From positions 45,975 to 109,974 of the forward strand of contig JBGSJG010000004.1 in NCBI GenBank assembly GCA_041742135.1: a DNA stretch of 64,000 nt, given 5' to 3'. A program made the translations under genes and the position numbers. This stretch comes from Patescibacteria group bacterium. Its GTDB lineage: Bacteria; Patescibacteriota; Microgenomatia; UBA8517. Under the pieces are notes generated by a model. The model was not told the origin of the DNA. It made no database searches and saw nothing but the letters and a program-made list of their open reading frames with translations. Below, piece by piece: positions 47,424 through 55,725 of the stretch; positions within the stretch are counted from its first letter, which is position 1, and every line of letters begins with the position of its first letter.

Positions 47424-48072
47424 AACAATCGACGAAATAGGTAAAAGATATCGTTTTGCAACAACACTGCCAATAGTTGGTGACGAAGAAGGTTTGGGGC
47501 TTACAAGTTATCAATCTGCTTCTGAACATACGGCCAAGAGAATTTTAGAAAAACTAGGAACAGTAAATGTATTAGAACTTTGTTCAGGGGTTGGTGGTAC
47601 TACTGTGTTTTTAGCAAAAAAATTAGAACACATATATTCAATAGATTTAAAACCATTGAGAATCAAGGCAGCAAAGATTAACGCACAATCATTTGGTGTT
47701 GCAAATAAAATTACATTTATTTGCGGTGATGTGTTAGATGAAAAGTTGTTAATTAAATTTAAAAATAATAATATTCAGGCTGTTGTTACTGATGTAGAGT
47801 GGAGGGACGATTTGTCTAACTCATTATTAGAAACTACACCAGATATTACAAAAACTATTCCACCTACTCCTATACTTTTTGAAAAAATAAATAGACTTAT
47901 TTGCCCAAATATTATTATGCATATGGCGGCAAATACCAACAAAGAACAACTTCAGCAACTTTGTGATTGTGAAATTGAAGAAATGATATTTGGGGGGGTG
48001 GTTAAGTTCATAAATGTTTACTTTGGAAAATTAATAAATAGTATTGGAACTACCCAATTTATTATGAGATAA
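47416..48072 (+). CDS. class I SAM-dependent methyltransferase (TGS1/RNA-cap-guanine-N2-like pattern), AT-rich
   Basis: VLELCSGVGGTTVFLA (motif I) and ITFICGDVLD. Confidence 0.5.
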   Translation: MFKTIDEIGKRYRFATTLPIVGDEEGLGLTSYQSASEHTAKRILEKLGTVNVLELCSGVGGTTVFLAKKLEHIYSIDLKPLRIKAAKINAQSFGVANKITFICGDVLDEKLLIKFKNNNIQAVVTDVEWRDDLSNSLLETTPDITKTIPPTPILFEKINRLICPNIIMHMAANTNKEQLQQLCDCEIEEMIFGGVVKFINVYFGKLINSIGTTQFIMR

Positions 48073-48127
48073 TTAATGAAATAAAGTAGTAAAATACTTT
48101 CAGTTATATATTTTTAAAATAAAAAAC

Positions 48128-48580
48128 ATGGCAGATCAAATAGACATTTCCAAACTTCACTCAGTAATTGTTAATGCAGTTGTCGAAAAAGATGGAAAAA
48201 TATTAGTTTCTCAAAGAAGCTTCGAAGAGGCTCATGAACCAGGTAAATGGACTATTCCAGGGGGAAAGGTGGATAAGACCGAAGGAGATGTTTTTAATAT
48301 AGTTGAAAAAACTTGTGCTCGAGAAGTAGAGGAAGAAACAGGCGTAATAATAAAGGAAGACGCTCATTTAATTACAAACAATACTTTTATTAGATCAAAC
48401 GGACAACATGTTATCGCTTTGATTTGTTTGTGTCATTGGTCATCAGGTGAAGCGCAGGCACTTGAAGATACGATTGGCGTCAAGTGGATTTCTGAAAATG
48501 AAATCGATTCAATTGAATTTGCTCCAAATGTCAAAGGTTATATTAAAAAGGGATTTGAAATACTTAATAATTTAAAATAA
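48128..48580 (+). CDS. NUDIX hydrolase (second copy)
   Basis: Nudix box GKWTIPGGKVDKTEGDVFNIVEKTCAREVEEETGV. Confidence 0.7.
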   Translation: MADQIDISKLHSVIVNAVVEKDGKILVSQRSFEEAHEPGKWTIPGGKVDKTEGDVFNIVEKTCAREVEEETGVIIKEDAHLITNNTFIRSNGQHVIALICLCHWSSGEAQALEDTIGVKWISENEIDSIEFAPNVKGYIKKGFEILNNLK

Positions 48581-48581
48581 T

Positions 48582-48755
48582 ATGACCGAGAAAAAACCAG
48601 TTATAGCCCAAGATACTATCGATGAAATTAATCAAGGTAAGATAAAATTACCCACAAATGAGGCATATGATGCCGCTGATGAATTTGGTGAGTCAAGAAT
48701 GAGACCACCAGCACCAGTGGTTAAAACTGAGAAATCAGAAAAGAAACCAGCATAA
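48582..48755 (+). CDS. small hypothetical protein (57 aa)
   Basis: ATG 2 nt after the NUDIX stop. K/E-rich. Below the ORF-track size cutoff. Confidence 0.25.
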   Translation: MTEKKPVIAQDTIDEINQGKIKLPTNEAYDAADEFGESRMRPPAPVVKTEKSEKKPA

Positions 48756-48797
48756 TCGATTGACACCAAATTCATCCCCAAAACAATCCTCATCCCT

Positions 48798-48852
48798 GCT
48801 CGAGTATGACGGAAGGAGGGGGTTGGGGGGAGGAATTCCGTCATAATCGAGC
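48798..48852. repeat. 17-bp inverted repeat (1 mismatch) enclosing a G-rich 21-nt loop (GGAGGGGGTTGGGGGGAGGAA)
   Basis: GCTCGAGTATGACGGAA / TTCCGTCATAATCGAGC. Confidence 0.7.
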
Positions 48853-48898
48853 AATTACAAATAACGGTCGTCCCCGCCGTTATGAAAGAATTGAAATC

Positions 48899-48987
48899 AC
48901 CCAGCAAAAAATTATTCTTTTCCTTTTTGATTTAAATTTTCGGCGCGCATTCATAAAAATAAATAAAGAAAATTTTTTTGCTGGGTG
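48899..48987. repeat. 16-bp inverted repeat CACCCAGCAAAAAATT / AATTTTTTTGCTGGGTG flanking a 56-nt AT-rich segment (MITE-like)
   Basis: Seen directly. A third small hairpin ATAACGG-TCGTCCCCG-CCGTTAT lies at 48861-48883. Confidence 0.65.
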
Positions 48988-49034
48988 GCAATCCATGAGC
49001 AAGTGGAGTGCAACGGCGGGGATGACCTCCTTAT

Positions 49035-49592
49035 TCAGGGTTTTGTCCAAAAAATGTTCGAACTTCGTCCAAAAAACACTCTGTCGTATTGGGTATGGAG
49101 AAAAGCGTGATAACCATTTAGGTGTTTTCCAGTGGCAATTGTTTGTAAGGCTATGGCCTTTACATGTTCAAGAGTTTGTAGCCTTTGAGTCTCACCGCCA
49201 TATATAAAAGCATGTTCTGGGTGAGAGGGGTCAAATGAATGGGCAACTTCGTGGTCAGAAGCACTATCAATTGCCTGTGCAGGTAAAGCAACGAGCCGAC
49301 TATAAAATGTTAACTTTCCTTTATCTGGGCCGCTTGGTGTGTGAGTTCCCAACAAATCAGGATGGTCGGCTGAGTTTTCGGCCTCCTCAAGAGCGGGAAT
49401 CATATCTACAGGCAGTCCTCTCCTTGCGATTCTTTGGCGGACATCAGCCATATCAAAAATGTAATACTCGTCGTCTGGTCGTGAAATTGATTCCAAGTGG
49501 CGCAGCCTGGCTTCGTATCCTTCAATTCTTGTTCTTTCAGGTTCTATGTAATCTCGGCGTGGGTCAAAACTAACTCTTCTTTTCTCTGCCAT
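49035..49592 (-). CDS. YgjP/DUF45-like metal-dependent hydrolase (HExxH)
   Basis: HEVAHSFDPSHPEHAF resembles the YgjP HELAHLxHxNHSxxFW signature. Confidence 0.5.
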   Translation of the reverse strand: MAEKRRVSFDPRRDYIEPERTRIEGYEARLRHLESISRPDDEYYIFDMADVRQRIARRGLPVDMIPALEEAENSADHPDLLGTHTPSGPDKGKLTFYSRLVALPAQAIDSASDHEVAHSFDPSHPEHAFIYGGETQRLQTLEHVKAIALQTIATGKHLNGYHAFLHTQYDRVFFGRSSNIFWTKP

Positions 49593-49672
49593 GGAGGAAA
49601 TTATAACCTGTTGTCGGGCTTAATGCAAAAATTTCTTTGTGATAAGGTATACTAATTTATTCGCAACTACTT

Positions 49673-50521
49673 ATGCCAGAGCTTCCAGAGGTCCAATCAA
49701 TCAGAAACCAGCTTGAGAAATATGTCACAGGGCATAAGCTCGAGAGCGTAGAAGTTATAAATAAAAAAATTGCTCCTGACGATTTTACTCCTATTGTTGG
49801 GTCAAAATTTAAAGGTTTCCGGCGTTTTGGAAAGGTGCTTGTTTTTGATTTTGATAATGGTTACTCTACAGTTTCTCATATTAAACTGACCGGACAGTTT
49901 GTTTATCGTGGGCCAAATCTCAAAAACCCACCCACATTATCAAAAAAAATCAACGATGGCTTGGGAGGGCGCCACACGCATGTGGTATTTCATTTAGACC
50001 GCAAAGGACTTTTGTATTACAATGATTTTCGCCGATTTGGATGGATAAAGCTTACTAAAACCAAAGACGTTCCCGAATTTGATTTTATTAAAAAGCTCGG
50101 GCCCGAGCCCTTGGACGAGCTCACTTTTGAGAAATTTAGCGCTTTACTTGGCAAAACTCGCCGTGCTGTAAAAGTGGTGATTATGGATCAGTCCAAAATG
50201 GGTGGAGTTGGCAATATCTATGCAAACGATGCCTTGTGGGATAGCCAAATTTTGCCGAGCCGTCCGGCAAATAGCCTTAGTCAAAACGAAGCAAAAGCAT
50301 TGTTTAATTCGATTGAAAAAGTGTTAAAAAAAGGAATCGCGACTGGGGGCGCAAGCGAGCTTTCTTTTGTGACTCCAGACGGAGGTGAAGGGGATTACCA
50401 AAATCACTTTCTGGCATATGGAAAACAGGGAACTCTCTGCCCAAGATGCAAAAAAGAAAAGTTCAAAAAGGTAGCCTTGGGTGGCCGGGGAACTTACTTC
50501 TGTCCGAGGTGTCAAAAATAA
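49673..50521 (+). CDS. mutM: formamidopyrimidine-DNA glycosylase (Fpg/Nei family)
   Basis: MPELPEVQ N-terminus (catalytic Pro2/Glu3). H2TH. C-terminal CPRC...CPRC zinc finger. Confidence 0.8.
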   Translation: MPELPEVQSIRNQLEKYVTGHKLESVEVINKKIAPDDFTPIVGSKFKGFRRFGKVLVFDFDNGYSTVSHIKLTGQFVYRGPNLKNPPTLSKKINDGLGGRHTHVVFHLDRKGLLYYNDFRRFGWIKLTKTKDVPEFDFIKKLGPEPLDELTFEKFSALLGKTRRAVKVVIMDQSKMGGVGNIYANDALWDSQILPSRPANSLSQNEAKALFNSIEKVLKKGIATGGASELSFVTPDGGEGDYQNHFLAYGKQGTLCPRCKKEKFKKVALGGRGTYFCPRCQK

Positions 50522-51580
50522 ATGCTTCAAAAACTAGAACTTAAAAACTTCAGAAACTTTGCCAAAAAGTCACTTGATTTTACAGGTGGAATCACTGTTG
50601 TAGTTGGGGAAAACGCATCGGGCAAAACAAATATATTGGAGGCAGTCGCGCTTTTGTCCACCGCAAAAAGTTTTCGGGCTGGGGTCGAGGAGGAAATGGT
50701 CAATTATGATGAGGAAGTGGGAAGAGTCTCGGGTAAAATATCAGACGAAACTAGCCTAGAAGTAGTGCTTACAAGAGGAGTAATCACTCGAGGCGAGATT
50801 ACCGAGCGCGTGGCACGCAAGAAGCTACTGGTAAATGGGGTTAGTAAGCGCATGGTCGATTTTGCTGGAATTTTTAAGACCGTGTTATTTAGACCTCAGG
50901 ATATGGATTTGGTAAGCCAATCGCCGTCCCTTCGAAGAAAGTTTTTAGACTCAGTGCTTTCTCAAGTCGACCGTGAATATCATCGAGCAATTCTGTCTTA
51001 CGAAAAAGGACTACGCCGCCGCAATAAACTTTTGTATCGCATACGCGAAGAAGGCATATCGCGATCGCATTTGTACTTTTGGGACAAGCTTCTTATTAAA
51101 AATGGCGACTACATTAGCGCAAAGCGTGAAGAGCTGATCGACTATATTAATGAAACCCAAAAACTTGGGGATAATAATTTTAGCCTTACTTACGACAAAA
51201 GCGTAATTTCGGAAAGTAGACTTTTGCAGTATAAACTTGAAGAAGTCGCATCAGCCACGACTTTGGTCGGCCCTCATCGCGATGATTTGATTTTTTTGGA
51301 AGGCAAACGCGATTTGGCCAAATACGGCTCGCGAGGAGAGCAGAGGATGAGCGTTTTATGGCTTAAAATAGGCGAATTAGATTACATCACGAAATCAAGT
51401 GGTGACCTGCCTGCGCAGGCAGGAAAACCAACCCTTCTTTTGGACGATATTTTCTCAGAGCTTGATCACGAGCACAGAAGGCTGGTGGGGGAGATCGCAG
51501 GGCGGCAACAAACCATAATCTCAACAGCAGATCCGCATTATCTTGAGTTTGAAGATGGGTTTGACAAGATTGAACTATAA
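50522..51580 (+). CDS. recF: DNA replication and repair protein RecF
   Basis: Walker A GENASGKTN. C-terminal LLLDDIFSELD Walker B/D-loop. Confidence 0.8.
   Translation: MLQKLELKNFRNFAKKSLDFTGGITVVVGENASGKTNILEAVALLSTAKSFRAGVEEEMVNYDEEVGRVSGKISDETSLEVVLTRGVITRGEITERVARKKLLVNGVSKRMVDFAGIFKTVLFRPQDMDLVSQSPSLRRKFLDSVLSQVDREYHRAILSYEKGLRRRNKLLYRIREEGISRSHLYFWDKLLIKNGDYISAKREELIDYINETQKLGDNNFSLTYDKSVISESRLLQYKLEEVASATTLVGPHRDDLIFLEGKRDLAKYGSRGEQRMSVLWLKIGELDYITKSSGDLPAQAGKPTLLLDDIFSELDHEHRRLVGEIAGRQQTIISTADPHYLEFEDGFDKIEL
51406..51423. repeat. perfect 18-nt palindrome CCTGCCTGCGCAGGCAGG inside recF, encoding LPAQAG
   Basis: Self-complementary. Identical to the copy in the GH57 gene. Related to the core of the 44-nt intergenic repeats. 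Confidence 0.85.
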
Positions 51581-51615
51581 GCAAAGCTTGAGATTTTCAA
51601 TCATAGGGCATAAAA

Positions 51616-51834
51616 TTGGTCATGCCAGCTGAAAGACCATCGGCTCAACCGCCTCTTCCGGGGATAGGACTAGAGGAGACTTCTGTTTATGATGCTTTGC
51701 ACCTTAAACACCCACAACTAGTCGTAATCGCTCCAACCCCCGATAGAGGCAAAGTTGTAAAAAGAGTTCAGGCCAGGCCACAATCAACGCAGGCTCGGAC
51801 AAGCTGGATAGATTATAGCAACCCAGATAAATAA
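51616..51834 (+). CDS. small hypothetical protein
   Basis: 72-aa ORF downstream of recF. Confidence 0.3.
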   Translation: MVMPAERPSAQPPLPGIGLEETSVYDALHLKHPQLVVIAPTPDRGKVVKRVQARPQSTQARTSWIDYSNPDK

Positions 51835-51866
51835 TATTGGGAGTTAGAATCTAGTATACTTACTTC

Positions 51867-52706
51867 ATGGATGTGTTTGACCCCAAAGACGTAAAAAAAA
51901 TTTATACACCTCTTAAGAATTCTTCTGGTGAGCAAAATGGCCAAGTGACAATTATTGGAGGCTCGAGTCTCTTTCACGGACCACCATTTCTAGCTATCCA
52001 GGCCGCGTCTCGGATTGTTGACATGGTTTTTTTTGCCACTCCGCACGAGCCGCTGCGCGATGTTGCGGCTAACTTGAAAGCAAGAGTCTCAAGCTTTATC
52101 TGGGTGCCATTTGACGAAGTGGAGGACTATGTTAAAAAGTCCGATGCCATTTTGATCGGCCCGGGATTCATGCGTGCTCACAGCGAAAAAGCTAACGGAG
52201 AGGCGAGTCATTATTGTGATGAAGCGTGTAAGTTATCAAAAGAAATAACTCAAAATTTACTAACCAAGTTTCCCGATAAACGGTGGGTGATTGATGCAGG
52301 AAGCTTACAAGTGATGGACCCAACTTCTATTCCGCCGATGGCAATTCTTACTCCAAATAAAAAAGAATACAAAATTCTGTTTGATGACTTAGATCCTTAC
52401 GAGGCGGCTCATAAATATAATTGCGTTATAGTTCTTAAAGGTCCAACAACTTTTGTTTACTCTCCAAGCGAAAGTGTGGAGGTACATGGAGGCAATCCGG
52501 GCATGACTAAGGGTGGAACGGGAGATACAATGGCGGGCCTAACCGTGGCACTTTTGGCTAAGAATGAACCATTTTTGGCTGCAACTGTCGGAGCTTACGT
52601 AGTTAAAGCGGCTGGAGACGCGTTATATAAAAAACAGGGAGTTTATTACAATTCTGACGATTTAGCTGCTCAAGTGCCTCAGACTTTATTTGAATTACTA
52701 AAGTAA
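51867..52706 (+). CDS. ADP-dependent NAD(P)H-hydrate dehydratase (YjeF C-terminal domain family)
   Basis: GGNPGMTKGGTGDTMAGLTVALLA C-terminal signature. Confidence 0.7.
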   Translation: MDVFDPKDVKKIYTPLKNSSGEQNGQVTIIGGSSLFHGPPFLAIQAASRIVDMVFFATPHEPLRDVAANLKARVSSFIWVPFDEVEDYVKKSDAILIGPGFMRAHSEKANGEASHYCDEACKLSKEITQNLLTKFPDKRWVIDAGSLQVMDPTSIPPMAILTPNKKEYKILFDDLDPYEAAHKYNCVIVLKGPTTFVYSPSESVEVHGGNPGMTKGGTGDTMAGLTVALLAKNEPFLAATVGAYVVKAAGDALYKKQGVYYNSDDLAAQVPQTLFELLK

Positions 52707-52745
52707 ACCTTGTTTTTTCCGCAGGTTTTGCAATAATTAATCACA

Positions 52746-53807
52746 ATGTATTCTCCTAAGTTTCTAATTTCTAATGCGATACTCAAGCACATTGGCCAGA
52801 TTGAGGCTGCTAAAGAGGTTGTAGAAAATGCTCCACTAGTTCCTGACTTTGTTAAAGATTTTAAGTCGGACGCCATGGTTCGTACGGTTTACCACGGAAC
52901 TCAGATGGAAGGTAACGACTTGACCCTTCTTCAGGCAAAGCAAGTTATTGAAGGTGAATCGGTAATTGCACACGAACGAGATATCCAAGAAGTAATTAAC
53001 TATCGAAATGTTGCGGAGCTTTTGGACCAGCTGGCAGTTAAGCGTGCAGGGTATGACATGGAGTCCTTGCTCGACATTCATAGGACCACTGTCGACAAGC
53101 TAGTAGACCCTTCTAAGTCAGGTGTGCTTCGCACATCTCAGGTGGTTATTAAGGAGCAGGGAACAGGGAAGGTTATTTTTACTCCTCCCGCGGCTGTTGA
53201 AGTGCCTTACTTGCTTGCGGATTTTCTGACTTGGCTAAACGACGCATCGGCTCGTGAAATCCACCCCGTTCTTCGTGCTGGGATTACGCATTATGTAATG
53301 GTAACAATCCATCCATTTGTGGAAGGCAACGGCAGAACTGTTCGCGCTTTTAGCACTCTAGTTCTTATTCGCGAAGGCTATGACATCAAGAGGTTTTTTG
53401 CGATAGAGGAGCACTTCGACCGCGATTTGGCAGCTTATTACGATGCCTTTTTCAAAGTCGATAGCCAAGGTGGCGATATTTCCATTCGCGATTTGACTCC
53501 TTGGCTGGAGTATTTTTCTCGTGTTGTGGCGGTTGAACTGACTAAAATCAAAGAAAAAGTCAGGCAACTTTCGGTAGACAGTCGCCTTAAAGTGAAAATT
53601 GGCGAACAAGTGGCGCTTTCTGCTCGTCAAGTGAAGCTGATAGAATATTTAAGTGAACACGGAAGTGCCGTCATGAAGGATCTGCGTGATGTAATGCCTA
53701 TGATTTCGGAGGATACCGTACTTCGGGATTTAAAAGACATGCAACATAAGAATATAATAGATAAGGAGGGTAGCACGAAAGCCGCCCGTTATGTGTTAAA
53801 ACACTAA
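52746..53807 (+). CDS. Fic family protein (AMPylator-type) with C-terminal winged-helix domain
   Basis: HPFVEGNGRTVRA Fic motif. N-terminal QMEGN (putative inhibitory-helix variant). Confidence 0.8.
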   Translation: MYSPKFLISNAILKHIGQIEAAKEVVENAPLVPDFVKDFKSDAMVRTVYHGTQMEGNDLTLLQAKQVIEGESVIAHERDIQEVINYRNVAELLDQLAVKRAGYDMESLLDIHRTTVDKLVDPSKSGVLRTSQVVIKEQGTGKVIFTPPAAVEVPYLLADFLTWLNDASAREIHPVLRAGITHYVMVTIHPFVEGNGRTVRAFSTLVLIREGYDIKRFFAIEEHFDRDLAAYYDAFFKVDSQGGDISIRDLTPWLEYFSRVVAVELTKIKEKVRQLSVDSRLKVKIGEQVALSARQVKLIEYLSEHGSAVMKDLRDVMPMISEDTVLRDLKDMQHKNIIDKEGSTKAARYVLKH

Positions 53808-54011
53808 ATGGTTCCAACTGACCCACAATTTTTGTATATGATTTTGGTACTCCCAACTCTTTTTGGGCTAACTTTGGTCGGCGAAGGTTTAAACAAAGTA
53901 GTCCACCATGAGTGGCATGGGTTAATTAGCCTCCTGTTTGGCTCGGCTTTTATTGGACTTGTCGTTTTTGCTTTCTTGTTTTTCTCCACGTATATTAAAA
54001 AATCTATTTGA
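53808..54011 (+). CDS. small two-TM membrane protein
   Basis: Hydrophobic 67-aa ORF. ATGA overlap with the ligase start. Confidence 0.35.
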   Translation: MVPTDPQFLYMILVLPTLFGLTLVGEGLNKVVHHEWHGLISLLFGSAFIGLVVFAFLFFSTYIKKSI

Positions 54012-55714
54012 AATTCATGACTGCGAGCAATCTGAGTAAGTATTTTGAGGAGCTTGAAAAAACTTCTTCAAGAATTTCGATTACAAAAATATTAGCGGAG
54101 CTTTTTAATGAGCTTTCAGAAGAGGAAATTGATAAAGCTGTTTATATGATGCTTGGGAGCTTGGCTCCAAATTATAGAAGCATTGTTTTTAATGTGGCGG
54201 AAGCCATGATGATGCGTGCAATATCTCGGGCGTATAACGTAGAGCCGCAAGAAGTAAAAACTATTTACAAAAAAATGGGCGACTTGGGGAAAGTCGCAGA
54301 GAGTCTTAATCGTGGTAAAGGTAATGATTTAATTGTCAGTGAGTTGTACTCAAAGCTTTCCCAAATCGCGAAGTGTGAAGGGGAGGGAAGCCAAGAGAGA
54401 AAGATTGAACTACTGGCAGATCTTCTTGTTTCTGTAAATCCCCTCACATCTCGTTTTGTAGCAAGAATTACGCTTGGGAAACTAAGACTTGGCTTTTCTG
54501 ACAAAACCGTTATCGATGCGCTTTCATGGATGGAAACGGGAGATAAAACAAACTCCAAAAAGATTGAAGCTGCTTTTCAAGTTGTGCCTGATATTGGCAA
54601 AATCGCGCGCGAGGTTAGGGCAAAAGGATCGGGAGGCCTGCTTAACGAGATCTCTCCAACCATTGGAATTCCTGTGATTCCCATGCTTGCCCAAAGAATC
54701 AAGTCGGCTGATGAAATGATTAAAAAGATGGACAATGTGGCGGTTGAGCCAAAATTCGACGGTCTGCGCGTTCAAATACATTTTGCGCGGGGTAAGAAAA
54801 TTGGTGCATTTACAAGAAACCTTAACGACATTAAGGATATGTTTCCAGAACTTGAGTCAATTGGTGAGTATGTGAATGCCGATTCGGTGATTTTGGACTC
54901 AGAAGCTGTTGGGCTTGATGCTGAAACTATGAAGATGGCAGATTTCCAGACCACAATGCATCGGCGCCGCAAGCATGATATTGAAAATTTTGCTAAGGCA
55001 AACCCGTTAACATTTCAGGTTTTTGATGTGATGAGTAAAGACGGGGAAAGTTTTATGGATAAAAATTATGAAGAGCGAAGAGCGGTGCTAAAAAAGCTAT
55101 TTTCAAAAAACAAGACTTTCTTGGTGGATGAGTACATGATAACTCAAAATGCAGGAGATATTCGAAAAAAACATGAAGAATATCTAGCACGGGGACTAGA
55201 GGGGGCGATGATTAAAAAGGTCGACAGTGGATATGTGCCGGGTAGAACGGGTTGGAGATGGGTCAAGATGAAAGAGGTGGATGGCACACGCGGAAAATTA
55301 TCTGACACTGTTGACTGTGTTGTGATGGGCTATACACGAGGAAAAGGAAAGCGAGCAGACTTTGGAGTTGGCCAGTTTTTAGCGGGTGTACTCGACCATG
55401 ACAAAATTAAGTCTATTACAAAAGTGGGAACGGGGCTGACGGACGAGCAGTTTCGCGCATTAAATGACAAATTGAAAGATATTGTAGTGGCCCTAAAACC
55501 AGTTGAGTACGAAGTGCATAAAGATCTATATCCTGATTTTTGGGTAGAGCCGAAAGTGGTGGTTGAGCTTGCGGCCGATGAGCTGACTAAATCGCCAAAG
55601 CACACAGCAGGGCTGGCTTTAAGGTTTCCAAGACTGGTGAGGTTTAGAGAAGATAAGTCGGTCAAGCAAATCACTACAATTTCGGAAATTCTAGAGATCG
55701 CTAAGCTCGGTTAA
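54008..55714 (+). CDS. ATP-dependent DNA ligase (archaeal/eukaryotic LigI-like)
   Basis: Motif I EPKFDGLR (KxDG). 568 aa with N-terminal DNA-binding, adenylation and OB domains. Confidence 0.8.
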   Translation: MKFMTASNLSKYFEELEKTSSRISITKILAELFNELSEEEIDKAVYMMLGSLAPNYRSIVFNVAEAMMMRAISRAYNVEPQEVKTIYKKMGDLGKVAESLNRGKGNDLIVSELYSKLSQIAKCEGEGSQERKIELLADLLVSVNPLTSRFVARITLGKLRLGFSDKTVIDALSWMETGDKTNSKKIEAAFQVVPDIGKIAREVRAKGSGGLLNEISPTIGIPVIPMLAQRIKSADEMIKKMDNVAVEPKFDGLRVQIHFARGKKIGAFTRNLNDIKDMFPELESIGEYVNADSVILDSEAVGLDAETMKMADFQTTMHRRRKHDIENFAKANPLTFQVFDVMSKDGESFMDKNYEERRAVLKKLFSKNKTFLVDEYMITQNAGDIRKKHEEYLARGLEGAMIKKVDSGYVPGRTGWRWVKMKEVDGTRGKLSDTVDCVVMGYTRGKGKRADFGVGQFLAGVLDHDKIKSITKVGTGLTDEQFRALNDKLKDIVVALKPVEYEVHKDLYPDFWVEPKVVVELAADELTKSPKHTAGLALRFPRLVRFREDKSVKQITTISEILEIAKLG

Positions 55715-55725
55715 AAAAACTAACT

